Shown here one piece after another: positions 1 to 12,619 of a stretch of DNA of 64,000 bases. Source of the DNA: Iphione sp. A-MEVVRFRX5 (lineage: Eukaryota); contig OZ320318.1 of NCBI GenBank assembly GCA_976226885.1, positions 35,278,001-35,342,000 of the forward strand, read 5' to 3'. Each line of letters opens with the position of its first letter. The first letter of the stretch is position 1. Below the pieces are notes generated by a model. It was not told the origin of the DNA, did no database searches, and saw only the letters and a program-made list of their open reading frames with translations. The position numbers and the translations under genes are program-made.

Positions 1-513
1 CAAATGGGAATACGAGACGTCAAAGATCGCTGCATTTTCCAAGAAATAAACCTCTAAGAGAAGGTTACAGAAACTCTATTGAATATTTTGGTAGCCTCCT
101 GTGGGATAGGCTACCGAAGGAGATGGATTATGTAAACCTCAGTGTTCATAGGTTTAAGGAAATCATCACGAATTATGTATAGGCTACTACTTTTCTACTA
201 CGATGTAGCGTTTTTGTAAAAATTCTCCCTGGTAACAATTCACCTGTAAGTTTAATAGTGCCTATGAGTAATGCTATACTTTATAAACTCGATTATCATC
301 TTAAATTCATTTCATTGCACAATTTACAATTCACAATTATCACCAGTATGTTGTACACGACCAACCTCGATACAAATACCCAAATGTATATATTTTCAGG
401 AAATAAAATGTTAAAAAAAATGTTAGGCCATGCCATTGCTTGTTTGCAGTCTCCCTCTTCTAAAGGTCACTACCTAAGTCTTATAAGTCTTATTCCAATA
501 TATCTATGCTGCA

Positions 514-533
514 TATATATATATATATATATA
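514..533. repeat. (TA)n microsatellite
   Basis: Uninterrupted TA dinucleotide run. Confidence 0.9.
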
Positions 534-1207
534 CATTTAGTTTGGAGCTTCAGTGCCACTTCTGGCCGGAGCTAATCTGATGTAAATATGAAGGACGCAC
601 AGGAAGCAACGATAAGCGGCTTTAAGATAGACACGTAGTGGTACCCATCACAAGCGGAGGATGTTCCCGTTCAGGTGAAAGGGGTTTGCGGTATATTCCT
701 CGTCAAGATTACGTTCATTATTAAAAACAACAAAATGAGTGACAGAGTAGATTACCCTGGTTTGTTTACGTTTAAAGACTTGACTCGGGTATGCGACCAC
801 GGTGAAGGTTGATCTGAATTGGTATCGTTTATTTACGCATATCTAGCATTAGAATTCTCCCCACAACCCACGTAATATGAAGACAGCTGGCTCGAAAGCA
901 CAAAATGAAAGACCATAATTGCCACTTATTGTAGAACGCATCAGTCAATCCAGCTAACCGTTACAAGCCTTGTTCCGACACGATTAGGAGGGATTTTTCG
1001 ACTGAATGATGATCCAACAAATTTGCCTTAGCTCTATGGACCCCATCACACCAAATGAATGTGATATTACAGCATGGTCATGACTGATGAAAAGATGACT
1101 ACATATACCCCCAAAAGTGACTATTTATGACCCAACTTAGGAACCTACTGCTACATAACCAACTGTCAATAGTTCATGGAGCTTCAAATAGGCCTATATC
1201 AGCAGTC

Positions 1208-2136
1208 TCATGAGGACTTCCAAAATTCTGGCAGGTCGTTCCATCTTACTGCTGCTCGGTAGCGAAGGCAACGACTGAAGGACTTGTTCTTTGGACGATC
1301 GACCTTGATTATAGTGGAATGTCCTCGCCGTGTCCTTGAACGGTCAGCCTTAGGCAGTAGGCCAAGAGCGACTGGTCTATGTGTGGCAGATAAAGCTCTC
1401 CACTTGATCAAGTCCTCTACCCTCTCTATACCTCCACTTGGGCAGATTCTCCCTGCAGTCTGACCAGGGTTGCGTTGAAGGCACATTCTGACGCATCTAT
1501 TTAGGTGTAGTTGCATATTGCACCACCCTGCTTTGGAGCAACTGTATAACACTATTGCTCCGAAGTGCAAGTGTGGCAGTACAAGCGCTTTGAACAAATT
1601 CAAAAGTGTGTGCCATGGTAAGAGCTTTTTTGCTCTAGCCACTTTCAAGGATGCCAACCACCTTTTACTCTTTACGTCCTTTAGGGCTTCATTTCCTTTA
1701 ATTTAGCATTGAGCATGTAGCCCAGGAGTCTCATTTTGGTGCATAGTGCCAGTTCCAGACCATTGACAGTAAGGTCCAGTGGCATACCAGCTACTCTCCC
1801 CATCGGCATGTAGCATTTGCCTTACGATAGTAGCAGCCCTTTTCTGCTGCACCACAATGATACTATGTCGATACTGCATTGGCAAGCTCCTCGTAGCCTC
1901 AGCAAGTCTTTCGCTCCGACGATGATTGATAAATCATCAGCGTAAAGAACAGCATCGCTGTAGCTCAGCATGTGCTGTACCAGCTCGCCTATCACCAAAC
2001 AGAAGGCTGCAGAGCTGAACACTGACCCTTGCGGCACTCCATGCTCAATCCTTCTTAGTCTGGAGTCCTGGTTGTAACTCTCACATGCATTAAAATGCAT
2101 CATCAATGGCCCTCTTCTTAATGTCGTGACGCTCAC
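1208..2136 (-). mobile_element. Degenerate 3' fragment of CR1/L2-group LINE (RT core to ORF2 C-terminus)
   Basis: Minus ORFs contain GVPQGSV, YADD, 'SLWCSRKGLLLS', 'LFKALVLPHLHFG' and terminal 'YRAAVRWNDLP'; frameshifted. Confidence 0.85.
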
Positions 2137-4859
2137 TGATTAAACTACATCGCAAAGATGACAGCAATCAATTGAAGATTGATTATCTTACTAACGCATT
2201 GGATGAATTTTTTAATCACCCGAAAACCTCAATTTCTAAAAGACCGGTGCCCTCATTGAAGTAACGATCTAGTTTGGCTTTTTAAGAAGTAAACTACCAT
2301 GAAAGACCTTCGGGGAATCTAATTTGTGAAAGAAAATATGCAAAGGTACCCTTAAAAATTGGCTCCTGCCCAGTATCTTTCCTAGATCCACGCAGGTCCT
2401 TGAATACAAATTATCCGTTACGCTGGGGGATTTAGTATCTTACTGTCATGATATTATGGCCTCTATTCAATTAAAAACGTGCATAACCGTTGGATTTATG
2501 TTCAGTACAAGTCCCCACTGATGACCAATTGGGTAAGAAAATGACCGTTACCTTGTTAACAAGAGTAAATTATTTGATACGAGCTACCGTGAACGAGAAC
2601 AAAGAAACTTGGTGTAGCAGCTGGACCCACATTTATCTAGTTAATAGAATTCAAACTGTCATTGAACATCTGCAAACCGGATGTTCATGCTACCAAGGGA
2701 AATATGGTTCTAGCTGTCCATGTCGGATCTAATACGGGTACAACCATGTATAAATGTTACTGTCTAAACAGTGCAGCATCGTTTGTATCATTTATAGTCT
2801 GATTATCTCAATTCTTTTGTTGTACATCATACATTATCAAAACTGTTATCATCCTTTCTATGCACAAAAAAGAGGTAAATTGACTGTTATGCCTTGCAAC
2901 GTTTGCTAATGCGATTAATGTTTGTCTCAGGTTTACAATCTATTTTATCATAGTGATGAATCCACCCATACAGAAACTGTGTAAATACAGCCATTGATCC
3001 CATCATTTGTCATTAACTTTGATTAGTATTAGATCGTATCGCTATATACTATGGAGACGAGCGTCAACTGAGTCTTTATCTCCGGCTTGACGTTATAGAA
3101 GAAGACATGGCTTTTCACATAAGCAATAGATGTTTGGCTAATATTTTAGGGGTAGGCCACCGGAACAATCGCTACTAACGGGAAACATGGCCTATTTGAT
3201 ATTGTAAATAAGACAAGTGCTTCATAGGGAAACAGGGAGGCTTTGTCCTGCAGCATTTGTAATAACACACCTGTATGACGTTTGGTGGCAATCACCTGAA
3301 ACCCCACAAACAGACTGACTCTTATACTTGCAATGTATTGTCCTGAATATGTACCATCATGATGGGAATCATGACTCCGTTTGCCTGCGAGTCTGCTTGT
3401 CAGACGAGGCAGTCGATACTTTCGTCAACGAAGGCAACGAATATTTACGTGCCTAAAATGGCCAATTGGCATCCTTAAGGTCAGTCATATGCAGGTAATC
3501 ACCAGCGAGATAACACTGTGCGCTGGCAGTCGATAAAAATGTTCGCATGTGTCAGTCTACTGCTATTTATTCAAGAAGCGTCGCTCATCTATATGCTATT
3601 TCTCCTGAGAAGGACAGCGGTTACAAAAACAGCTTCTCTTGTCAGAGAAGAATGTATTCTTAGGAAGTCAATCCGTTAATTATACATTTCAGGTGGAAAG
3701 GTCCTGTCCTGGATTACACATAGTACGTTTACATGGCCTAATGTAACTTATTCGTCAGCTGTTTTATGATACCAATATAGGCCACGCCTTCTACATGGCT
3801 GAAGAAAATAATACTTAAAGGTGTCAGAGTCAGGAGCAGCTGCTTGGCAGTTCATGTTGTTTCTGGGCTCTTAAAACAAGTGTTGTTGGTATGAACTGGC
3901 GGAGAATCCAGGTGTTATGAGGTTGAGGTGATTTCTAGTCATGAGAACCTCCCTTTGGCTTAGTTAGTACGATGTTGGCCTCTCATGACGAGAGCGCTGG
4001 TCAAGTCTGTCTCACATTTTGTCCACGGCGGAGATGGTCATCGCTACATCCCGAAATATTATTTCTGTCATCCATTCTTGGAGTTAGTCAGTAACATATC
4101 ATCAAGTAGCTATTTTAACCAAATAAAACATTCTAAACATTTAGCAATCTTAAAATGATGAATAATACATTCTCCTTCAAAGATGATTTCGTATCTCTTA
4201 TGGGAATTTGCAGTATAAAATTCAAATGCAAAATTTTCACTGCACCTTAAAACAACAGAGAAACGTATATGAAGTTTGCTGCATGAGTGGTCAACAATGT
4301 GTTTTTCATTTTATTCACAATATCTTTTTTCAGACGAGAGGTTTTCAAGTGTCAGCAATATAGATATCTCTCACAGCGATTTATAGACCTATCACTTCTG
4401 GAAATGCTTGTATAATGCGGCAGTTCAGAAATGAGGTTTTCGGTATACATGTATACAGTATGATTATATACCTGAGCCTGCGAGAGAGGCAGAGATATTG
4501 GGGATACGGATAGCCAGTCCGCAATGTCTTTATTAGATCAGTATGTTTCTCAACGTCATAGATCCGTTGGATTCATTTATTATGAATGTTCCCCGCTGGC
4601 AGTGAATCACAGTGTTCCTTCATCTTTTTCATAGTAACGAACAAGGTAAAATACTACATTGTTGAATTGCATGATAAGAGAAAAAGCAGATAACTGAAGT
4701 TCGAGTAAGAGAAGAAAGGAATGAAAGTGTATATACGACAAAAACGTGCACTAAACTCAACCCTATGGTATCTGTTTTTATCATGGGTGTGATACAGAAC
4801 TTTAACATGCACAGATGCTTGTCCCTGTTTTCTGCATTCCCATGCACCCAGCTTCTTAT

Positions 4860-5520
4860 CCTCTTTTTCATAACCTGTTTATCACTATGATTATGACAAT
4901 CCCTTTAGGTAGATTATTCTACTAGGACAATCCCTGGTGTCAGAAGGATGCAAAGCACAATAACGTTTCCCTATGCTGAGCTGGATTAAAGTACTTTTTT
5001 GTAACCACTTTCTTTGATTTTGTTGACCTAGGCTCCACAGATTATGGATAAGCAACACAGAATGGCACTTTTGTCTGTGGGTGTCATATACCTGATCGCC
5101 TTCAAGAAAGTATTTGCATGGATTCCGAGTTAACCATGATTCCAGAAGATAAGTTTAATCACTCTCTCTATTGTAATTTCAAGCCTTTCCCAATGGGTTG
5201 ATGACATCCCTATCAGAAAGGGAACCTCTGCATCTATGCATGGCATTATCAGCATCATTTTGAATAACTGATGTTTCATATTGCCATTCAGATAATGTTT
5301 CACTCTGTCTATCAAGTAGGCTTGGGATGCTATTCAATTTAGTATGTTGTCTAATAATGGTTGAAAACTCAGGGGATCATCGAGGACATGTCCAAGAAAG
5401 CAAAATTCCCTTTTACTGTGTGGAAACCAATCAATAAGGCTCAGCTGTATAATCTGTGCAGATCATCTGACAATCACCTGGTGCATATAGCATGTAAGCA
5501 TTACCACTAAATTAATAGGT
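4860..5520 (-). mobile_element. Highly degraded LINE ORF2 C-terminal fragment
   Basis: Manual translation gives 'FLGHVLDDPLSF' (YLGV.LD..L.F-like), ORF 5130-5315 'LFKMMLIMPCID', and 'NNLPKGI' (WNxLP-like) near 4900. Confidence 0.55.
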
Positions 5521-5750
5521 CGGTATGCTTCCAATACATTTCCGCAAACTTCTTATAAAGACAGTAGGTATACGTCGGTAGGGCAGTAAGATTCCAAGTT
5601 CTTAAGAAGTACAATGACAGTAGTTTGTGTGAAGACATTTATTCATATATAAAACTCACAAACATAATTGGTGCCCATAGATATAATTTAATAAAAGATT
5701 TTAAAATAAAGACCCCCTTCACCTTCAAACATCCCGTAATAAAACGTGTA

Positions 5751-5978
5751 CATTCCACGAAAAAGTGTACCAGCTGTTATCTCCGGGACTATTGAAAACT
5801 GCAGGAAGGAATTATTTAATTATTTAATTATTTTTATTTTTTAAAATCACGATATATTCCTGATACCCCCTAAACCTAGCCTTAGCAAAAAATATTCAAA
5901 ATGTGAAGTTTTAGTTTGATTTTTACTAGAAAAACATGATCCCGGGGATTAACGCATGGTACACTTTTTGGTGGAATG
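5751..5978. mobile_element. MITE-like element with ~38-bp imperfect terminal inverted repeats
   Basis: Left CATTCCACGAAAAAGTGTACCAGCTGTTATCTCCGGGA vs reverse complement of right CATTCCACCAAAAAGTGTACCATGCGTTAATCCCCGGGA; no clean TSD. Confidence 0.6.
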
Positions 5979-7327
5979 ATATGTTAAGGGTTCAGCAGTG
6001 GCAGATCTACTACCAGGTGTCTTTCCTGTGGAATAATACCTGCGCAATTATCCTACAACACTAAGTGGATTGCAGCTCCTTGCTACTAAAACTATAATAT
6101 TGCATTATGGTCCGTCCGTAATCAGGAGATAATCCCTAACCCATCCAAATTAAAATCCTGGGTGGCAATTCTGCCGTCTAGAACATTATCTTTTGTCAGA
6201 AATCCATTTTAACGGAATGAGCAATTTCACTGCATGAATTCTCGCTTTTTTTCATGCTGGGTATATCACCGCTCCTCTCTCACACTAGTGGAACCCATGC
6301 TGTAGGGATGAATCTGAGTACACAGTGCACGTTACTTATATCCCTACAGTCCATCATAATTAAATGTAATTCCGGCAATTAATCTCGGTGTGATTCCGGC
6401 AAAAACAACTATGTATGTAAAGGGAACATATTTTTCTATGCATGATGCATCATATGCTGCCATTCAGGTATTTCACTGTATATGTAATAGGCTTTAAAGG
6501 CCTACACGTATTTGTCTAATCAGTGTTTTGACGTCAATTGTAATTACGATGTAGCGGTTTTAAGTTCTCCTCTGGCAGGCATGGGAGGAGAGCTCACGCT
6601 GTCCATAGATGTCTTATGCTGTAATTAGAGGAACCCGCTATAATCAAATATGTTCAGCTTCTCGTACTTCAAGTGACTATATACATGCTTCCGAAAAAGT
6701 CTTTAGGGAGGACGTTCTCCTCCATACGCGCGCATCGTTGCTGGCTATTAGGAGGACCGACATAAGACAAAACAGGGAATCCATAGTGTTGCTATTCCGC
6801 CTCATTGGCAATTGGGTATAAAATCTTCCTCAGCTGTCTGGCAGTTGGCAATTAGATGACGAGGTGTAGAGAGGCGTGTGGCCGTCAGAGTGAGATGTAA
6901 TTAATCTGACTATAGCCTTCTACAAGGGAACAAAGTGAACAAAGGAGGAGTTATTTATTTGAAGTGCAAATGGCCTAACATGAAGCTGTGGGAAATCCAC
7001 AGGTAAATTAGAATATGATCCCATCTGAACCGAATGCCAGTGCCTGTGGGAGCATTTCTCTGTAGCACATATTAAAAAATGTGCGAGTTTAAAGTACATA
7101 TAGCACAACAGAAAGATGACCAAAAAACATCAATTAGAGCTTGCCTGATAATAATAATGAAAATAATAGCGTTGTTTACTTCTCAATGCAAAAATCCAGA
7201 GAGTCCTTTCAGCAAATGGATAGATATTGAGACAGACATATATACAGAGGATATTCCAAATCTGAACGATTGCCATTTCTGCCGAAATCGTTGGGATTTT
7301 GGATTTTTCGGATTTTGAATAGTTGCA

Positions 7328-7452
7328 AAGCTCAGGCAAATTTGTCCAAAAATTGACCAAACTCAGCCAAGTTTGTCTGAAAATCGGCAAAAACTCAGCC
7401 AAATTTGTCCGAAAATCAGCAAAAGTCAGCCAAATTCGTCCAGAAATCGGCA
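7328..7452. repeat. Tandem repeat, ~31-32 bp unit, 4 copies
   Basis: AAACTCAGCCAAATTTGTCCGAAAATCGGC-like unit; (C/G)TCAG recurs at 7331, 7362, 7394, 7425. Confidence 0.8.
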
Positions 7453-8291
7453 ACATTAAATGAGTAGCTCAACCCTTCATGATTGACAACGAACTTGGGG
7501 GGAGGGTAACATTTCCCTTTGATTATAATGAACTTGGGGGAGAGCGATCAGGGTCACCCTCAGCTCACCAAGGTGTGAGCTCATCAAACGGTGTAGCAAA
7601 CTTGGGGGAGAGCAACCGGGGTGAGCCAACAGCTTGCTGTGCATTACCCTTTGATTTATAGCGAACGTGGAAGGCAGAGCATTCAGTTTTTTGAGTATAA
7701 TTGCAATGTATTTTAATCAAATAACAGTGTTCAGATTCAGAAGGGAATATTTCGGATATGTGAGTGCATAAATAGAGAGAAACAGAAATATCATTCAAAT
7801 TAGGGGAAATTTTTGAGTGTTCGGATTTGGAGTCGCCTCTGTATACTACAGCGTCAAGAAATATTGCATTGCAAACTAAGGTAACAGTAAATGAAATCAT
7901 AATACACACAGTTGATTAATTGATCTGGAGTTGAAAACATCAACTTGCTTATTACCTTCTTTGTTTGGTACAAAGGTCTGCTGGTAATAAAGTTAAATTA
8001 ATATGTAATGAAAGAAAGATTAAAATGAAAAAGTAATCATATTCTCTCAGACCGTTGGCATATTGTCCTCTAGCAGCAGTACATGCATTTGATTAGAAGT
8101 ACCTTTTGTTAACAGATCAGTCATGCAATAATCCTAGCAGTACAGCAAATAAAAACTCTTCGAGTTGCATGTCAGGTGGCTAATGTTACCAAGCACAGCT
8201 AATGTCACTGAGTACAACTTTGACAACATTTCATACATCAAGCAGCATGATGGGTACAATCACAATACCAGTACCATTGCCAACCAGGCTG

Positions 8292-8436
8292 ATATGTAAT
8301 ATATGACGTATATATGTATATAGAGACACAATGTAATACTATTGGCTATCTCCTTGGAGATGTCTGTATACAATGTCATGTTGCTAGGCTAGGATGTTCC
8401 ATCCAACGTCGCAATCATTCAAAGTCGTTTTTTCTT
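8292..8436 (+). repeat. Split direct repeat A1 (145 bp)
   Basis: Identical by eye to 12447-12591. Confidence 0.95.
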
Positions 8437-8512
8437 GACGATAAGACGTGTGCTACCCCGCTGTGGTATTTTGTGATTTCTTCATCGTTTTATTGGTATT
8501 TCACTATCAAGG

Positions 8513-9448
8513 ATGGAGAAGAATTGCAGCAAGTGTAACGGGAGGCATTTACCTCCGGTTGGCAAGAATTGCATGGTGATTTCAGAGGAAATTGGTGATA
8601 TTTCGAGGGATTCTGTTCCAGATACCGGTTTGGAGGGGCGTGTGTCCCGTATGGAATCCATGCTTGGTTCCATTTTATCTAAATTGGAGGAGAAATCGGG
8701 TGGGGAGAAATCTATCTCCCCCGAATCTGGTAATGGTAATGGTGATGTCCTACCTTCGATTCCTGGATCTTCTGCTGATAAAGGCGCAGCCACGACGGGC
8801 GGCGTCCTAAATGGTGAATCCAGTTCGTCATCCTCTGATTCCGATGATTCTGATGCCGATGCAAGCGGGGACTCTTCTCGTAGGAAGAAGAAGACGCGTA
8901 AGAACAAAGTCAAGAAACATAAGACTTTTGCTATTTCTAAGCTGGCCAAAGTGAAGAAGGTGGAGAATTTTGACCAGTTAATGTATGGTTCATTAGGCCT
9001 GCTGAAAAAGCTACTTGAGAAAGACAATGACGTTGCAGGTTATGTCGATCACCTGATGTTTTTGGCTAGCAGGAAAGTTAAAAATAGGTACCTGGTGTCA
9101 TCGCTTATCGAGTACGACGCTGAAATACGTAAGAAAGCAGAGAAGAAAGGAATTTCTTATTTTAGTTTCGGTAACGATGACGTGATTAGGGATCTGCTTG
9201 GTTTTGATGCTCAGATACAAGGTGATAAAAGGGCCAAGAATTTTAAAACGAAGAGTTCTGGTGAGAAAAAGGCCCATTCCGACAAGATTTGTTATAGGTG
9301 GAATAACGGTACATGTGAAACCAACGGATGTATGTTCAAGCATGGTTGCCTTGTTTGTGGCGATGGCAACCACCGTGGTTACGAATGTTCTAAGAATTAT
9401 AACAATCACAATGAGTCTAAGTCAAGTAAGGTATCTAGAAAGGATTGA
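8513..9448 (+). CDS. gag: Gag-like ORF1 of Ngaro element (311 aa)
   Basis: ATG start; N-terminal CSKCNGRHLPPVGKNC, Ser/Asp-rich linker, basic patch, C-terminal CYRWNNGTC...CMFKHGCLVCGDGNHRGYEC zinc fingers typical of DIRS/Ngaro ORF1. Confidence 0.9.
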   Translation: MEKNCSKCNGRHLPPVGKNCMVISEEIGDISRDSVPDTGLEGRVSRMESMLGSILSKLEEKSGGEKSISPESGNGNGDVLPSIPGSSADKGAATTGGVLNGESSSSSSDSDDSDADASGDSSRRKKKTRKNKVKKHKTFAISKLAKVKKVENFDQLMYGSLGLLKKLLEKDNDVAGYVDHLMFLASRKVKNRYLVSSLIEYDAEIRKKAEKKGISYFSFGNDDVIRDLLGFDAQIQGDKRAKNFKTKSSGEKKAHSDKICYRWNNGTCETNGCMFKHGCLVCGDGNHRGYECSKNYNNHNESKSSKVSRKD

Positions 9449-9469
9449 AGGTGCCCGCACAGCGCTGAC

Positions 9470-11551
9470 TTGGTAAGATTTTGGTCCTACAAGGGTGGGG
9501 TGTTCAGTAAGAGTGATGAACTTACTGATTCTCCGATTAGCGACGCCAAAATTGCCGAGAATGATGCCATGTTGCAGGGAGGAGGTGAAGTCGCTGAATT
9601 TTGTGATTGGTTAATGCGTTATGCTAATTCCGATGACGCTTCATCCTGGTTATTGTGTAGTGGTAATGACGCAGTAAATTTTAAAGATGGAGAATCTTTC
9701 ACGCTTGAAGAATTCTCAATTTGTAGGTATACACCGCAGTCTAATGTACCTATTTTCTACATTTTTAACAGTGAGCACTGTATTGTTATCTTTAACGAAT
9801 GTTTAGATAATGCCTGTTCATGTACTCATGTAATTGGTGGTGTAAAGTCGCCATTGTTACCGTGTCGATTTTTCAAACACTGTTTTGGAGGCGAAATGCA
9901 TGAAGTTGATTGTATGTTTGTATGGCAAGGAGTTGTGAATGGTTTCCAGATTGTGGATGACAGTGCAGATGTCTCGTATGATTGTGCTAACTACAAATCG
10001 ATCCTGGAAGGCGATTTTAGATTAGAGATGGATGAGAAAGTCAAGCAGGAACTCGAAAAGGGTTTTATTAGTGAGGTGAACGTCAAACCTAAGTGTATCC
10101 ATGCTATGGGGGGGGTAGAAAAGTCAGATGGAAGTCTACGCCCCATTACTGATTGCTCCCGTCCATTAGGTAGCTCCATTAACGACAATATGAGTTCATG
10201 CTTTGAGGATTTCCAGTATAGTTCTATTGACATGGTTGGTGACCTGTTGAATGAAGGAGATTTCATGAGCATAGTAGATATTAAAAACGCATATAGGTCG
10301 GTGGCAGTTCGTGAAAAGGATAGGACTTTCCAAGGTTTTCGTTGGAATCTAGGTGGGAAGGAGAGATATTATGTTAGTAATTGCCTGACTTTCGGTCTTC
10401 GTTGTGCTCCTTACATTTTCACCCAAATTTCGAATTTTGTAAGGTGTGTTTTCTTGAGGGATACAGGCTGTACTATAGTCAACTATTTGGACGACTTTCT
10501 TATCATAGGAAAATCGAGAGATGGTTGTGATGAAGGTCTAAAGAGACTGATTAGCTTGTTAGTGGGCCTTTGATTTGAGGTTTCATCTAAGAAGGTTGTG
10601 GAGGCTACACAGGTCTGTGTGTTCCTTGGTATAGAGGTGGACTCCATTAATATGGAGTTAAGGTTGCCGGAGGAAAAGATAAAAACTTTAAGGGAAAAGC
10701 TTGATCTGGCCGTCAGTAGTGAGAAGTTAGGTCTGAAGGAGGTTGAGAAGATTGGTGGTTTATTGGCTCACTGTGCAACAGTGATTCGAGGAGGGAGGAC
10801 GTATACTCGTAATGTCTACGACTTCTTGAAGGTTCTTAAGATCAAAAGGAGGAAATTGCCTGTGCCTACAGAGGTGATGGAGGATCTTGTTTGGTGGAAG
10901 ACTTTTGCTGACATGTTCAATGGCAAAGGGAAGATTCTACATGGTTTTGAGGCCGCGAAGTGTTTCTACACTGATTCGTCATTAGATGGTTTTGGTGGAT
11001 TCTTTGAAAACGATTGGTTTGTTGGTCAGTGGAAGGATACTGACCTTGTGGATGTATCAAGTTGTCATCACGTTGAGTCAACACCAAGTCTTGAGGTTGT
11101 GGGTGACAACATCAATGTCAAGGAGTTGTGGGCTGTGATGGTTGCTGTGTTTAGGTGGAAAGAGCTTTTGAGAGATAGCAGGGTGGTAGCCTTTGTCGAC
11201 AACACTCAAGTTCTGTATATGATTAGGACCGGTCGCAGCTCTAACAAGATCTGTATGGGCTGGCTAAGAGAGTTGTTTTGGGTTTGTACCTTCTATAATA
11301 TATGCTTAACATCTGAACATGTCAGGACAGAGAAAAATGTGATTGCTGATTGTCTGTCAAGGATTACGGATAGAGGAACTTGTCATAGGTTACTTGAATG
11401 TGGATGGCATTCTGAGGCATGTTGTAAGGCTTGGTTGTCTTCTCTTTGTAGGAGAACTCAGGGATTTGAGGAAGAGGACGAAGATGTTGATTTTGTCTGG
11501 TCCGGCAATGAACACGATGAAGACCAGGGAAAGACAGAAGAGGGTGTATGA
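9470..11551 (+). pseudogene. pol: RT-RNase H (pol) ORF interrupted by one in-frame TGA at 10571-10573
   Basis: RT motifs RPITDCS, DIKNAY, LTFGLRCAP, YLDDF; RNase H motifs YTDSS, NINVKEL, FVDN, NVIADCLSR; both halves in the same frame, reading LVGL*FEVSSKK where DIRS RTs usually have LGF. Confidence 0.92.
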
Positions 11552-12416
11552 GGAGTTCTGTTCTTCGTTTGGTCTAAGGGCTTACCCTTGTTCGGTTGAT
11601 CAACTATGTTTGTTTGGAGGTTATTTATCGAGGAAGATGGTTCCTTCGTCTATTCAGAATTATTTTTTGGGGGTAGTTTATTATCATCGGCTTAAGGGTT
11701 TTCAACCACCCGATGTTCAAGATTTCAAGGTGAAGCAGTTTATTCGTGGGGCAAAGAGGCTTCATAGGGGAGTAGCCAAGGTGGCCTCAGCTATTGGTGT
11801 AGGGGACTTGTTGAAGATGTTTTCTTTTGTGGATATGTCTAACAGGTTAGATTTGTTATTTTGGGCAGGTGTCTTGATTGCCTTTCGTGGCCTGTTGAGG
11901 AAGAATAAATTCACATCTGATTGTGGTTTGAGGAGGAATGACGTTTTTAGGTACAAGTGGGGAGTGGAGATTTTGATCCGTTTCTCGAAATCAGATCAGT
12001 TTGGGCAGAATAAAAGGTCTTTGGTATTTAAATTTTGTAATGATTTTAAACTGTGTGCTGCCTCATGGATTCTTATGATTCTTGATGGGTTTGTGGGATC
12101 AGGAGAAGATTTGTTGTTTTCCTTCCCTAAGGGGGATGGTCGTTGTTGTTTGAGCTATGATTACTTTCAGAGTAGACTGAAGTCGTGTGCCCTGAAAGCG
12201 GGTTTGTCTGGATTTATTTCATCTCATTCACTTCGTCGTGGTGGGGCCACTCATTTATCCCAGATTGGCATGCCATTGGATTACATAAGGTCCAGAGGGG
12301 GGTGGGCTTCATCTGCTGTTTTTAGGTATTTAGTGCCTTCCATGGATCAGAAAGTAGCTATGGATGCTGGTGTGTGTGAGAGTTTTTCTTTTCTTGGGTT
12401 GGAGAATGTTGTTTGA
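11343..12416 (+). CDS. Tyrosine recombinase (ORF3) of Ngaro element; first ATG at 11484
   Basis: SAM-like N-terminus (VYEEFC...SIQNY), catalytic residues in FRGLLR, SKSDQ, HSLRRGGAT, GGW, VFRY; overlaps the RNase H frame. Confidence 0.92.
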   Translation: MLIVCQGLRIEELVIGYLNVDGILRHVVRLGCLLFVGELRDLRKRTKMLILSGPAMNTMKTRERQKRVYEEFCSSFGLRAYPCSVDQLCLFGGYLSRKMVPSSIQNYFLGVVYYHRLKGFQPPDVQDFKVKQFIRGAKRLHRGVAKVASAIGVGDLLKMFSFVDMSNRLDLLFWAGVLIAFRGLLRKNKFTSDCGLRRNDVFRYKWGVEILIRFSKSDQFGQNKRSLVFKFCNDFKLCAASWILMILDGFVGSGEDLLFSFPKGDGRCCLSYDYFQSRLKSCALKAGLSGFISSHSLRRGGATHLSQIGMPLDYIRSRGGWASSAVFRYLVPSMDQKVAMDAGVCESFSFLGLENVV

Positions 12417-12451
12417 ACCCCATTCCGTGTGTTGTATTCATTGTCTATATG
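12401..12451 (+). repeat. Split direct repeat B1 (51 bp)
   Basis: Identical to 12626-12676; starts in the last codons of YR; shares ATATG with A2. Confidence 0.95.
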
Positions 12452-12591
12452 TAATATATGACGTATATATGTATATAGAGACACAATGTAATACTATTGG
12501 CTATCTCCTTGGAGATGTCTGTATACAATGTCATGTTGCTAGGCTAGGATGTTCCATCCAACGTCGCAATCATTCAAAGTCGTTTTTTCTT
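12447..12591 (+). repeat. Split direct repeat A2 (145 bp)
   Basis: Identical to 8292-8436. Confidence 0.95.
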
Positions 12592-12619
12592 TAGCCTTTT
12601 TTGTTTAGGATGTCTCAGT

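Noticed and set aside
7130-7456. 108-aa minus ORF
   Set aside because: Largely generated by the ~31-bp tandem repeat; no homology recognised
8482-10272. Minus ORFs 8482-9027, 9098-9409, 9991-10272 and + ORF 8592-8810
   Set aside because: Shadows of Ngaro gag/pol with no independent motifs
9446-10573. Selenocysteine recoding of the two in-frame TGAs
   Set aside because: Positions correspond to the gag end and an expected Gly, not Cys; no SECIS recognised
8314-12594. Identical peptides MYIETQCNTIGY... at 8314 and ~12467
   Set aside because: Simply translation of the A1/A2 repeats
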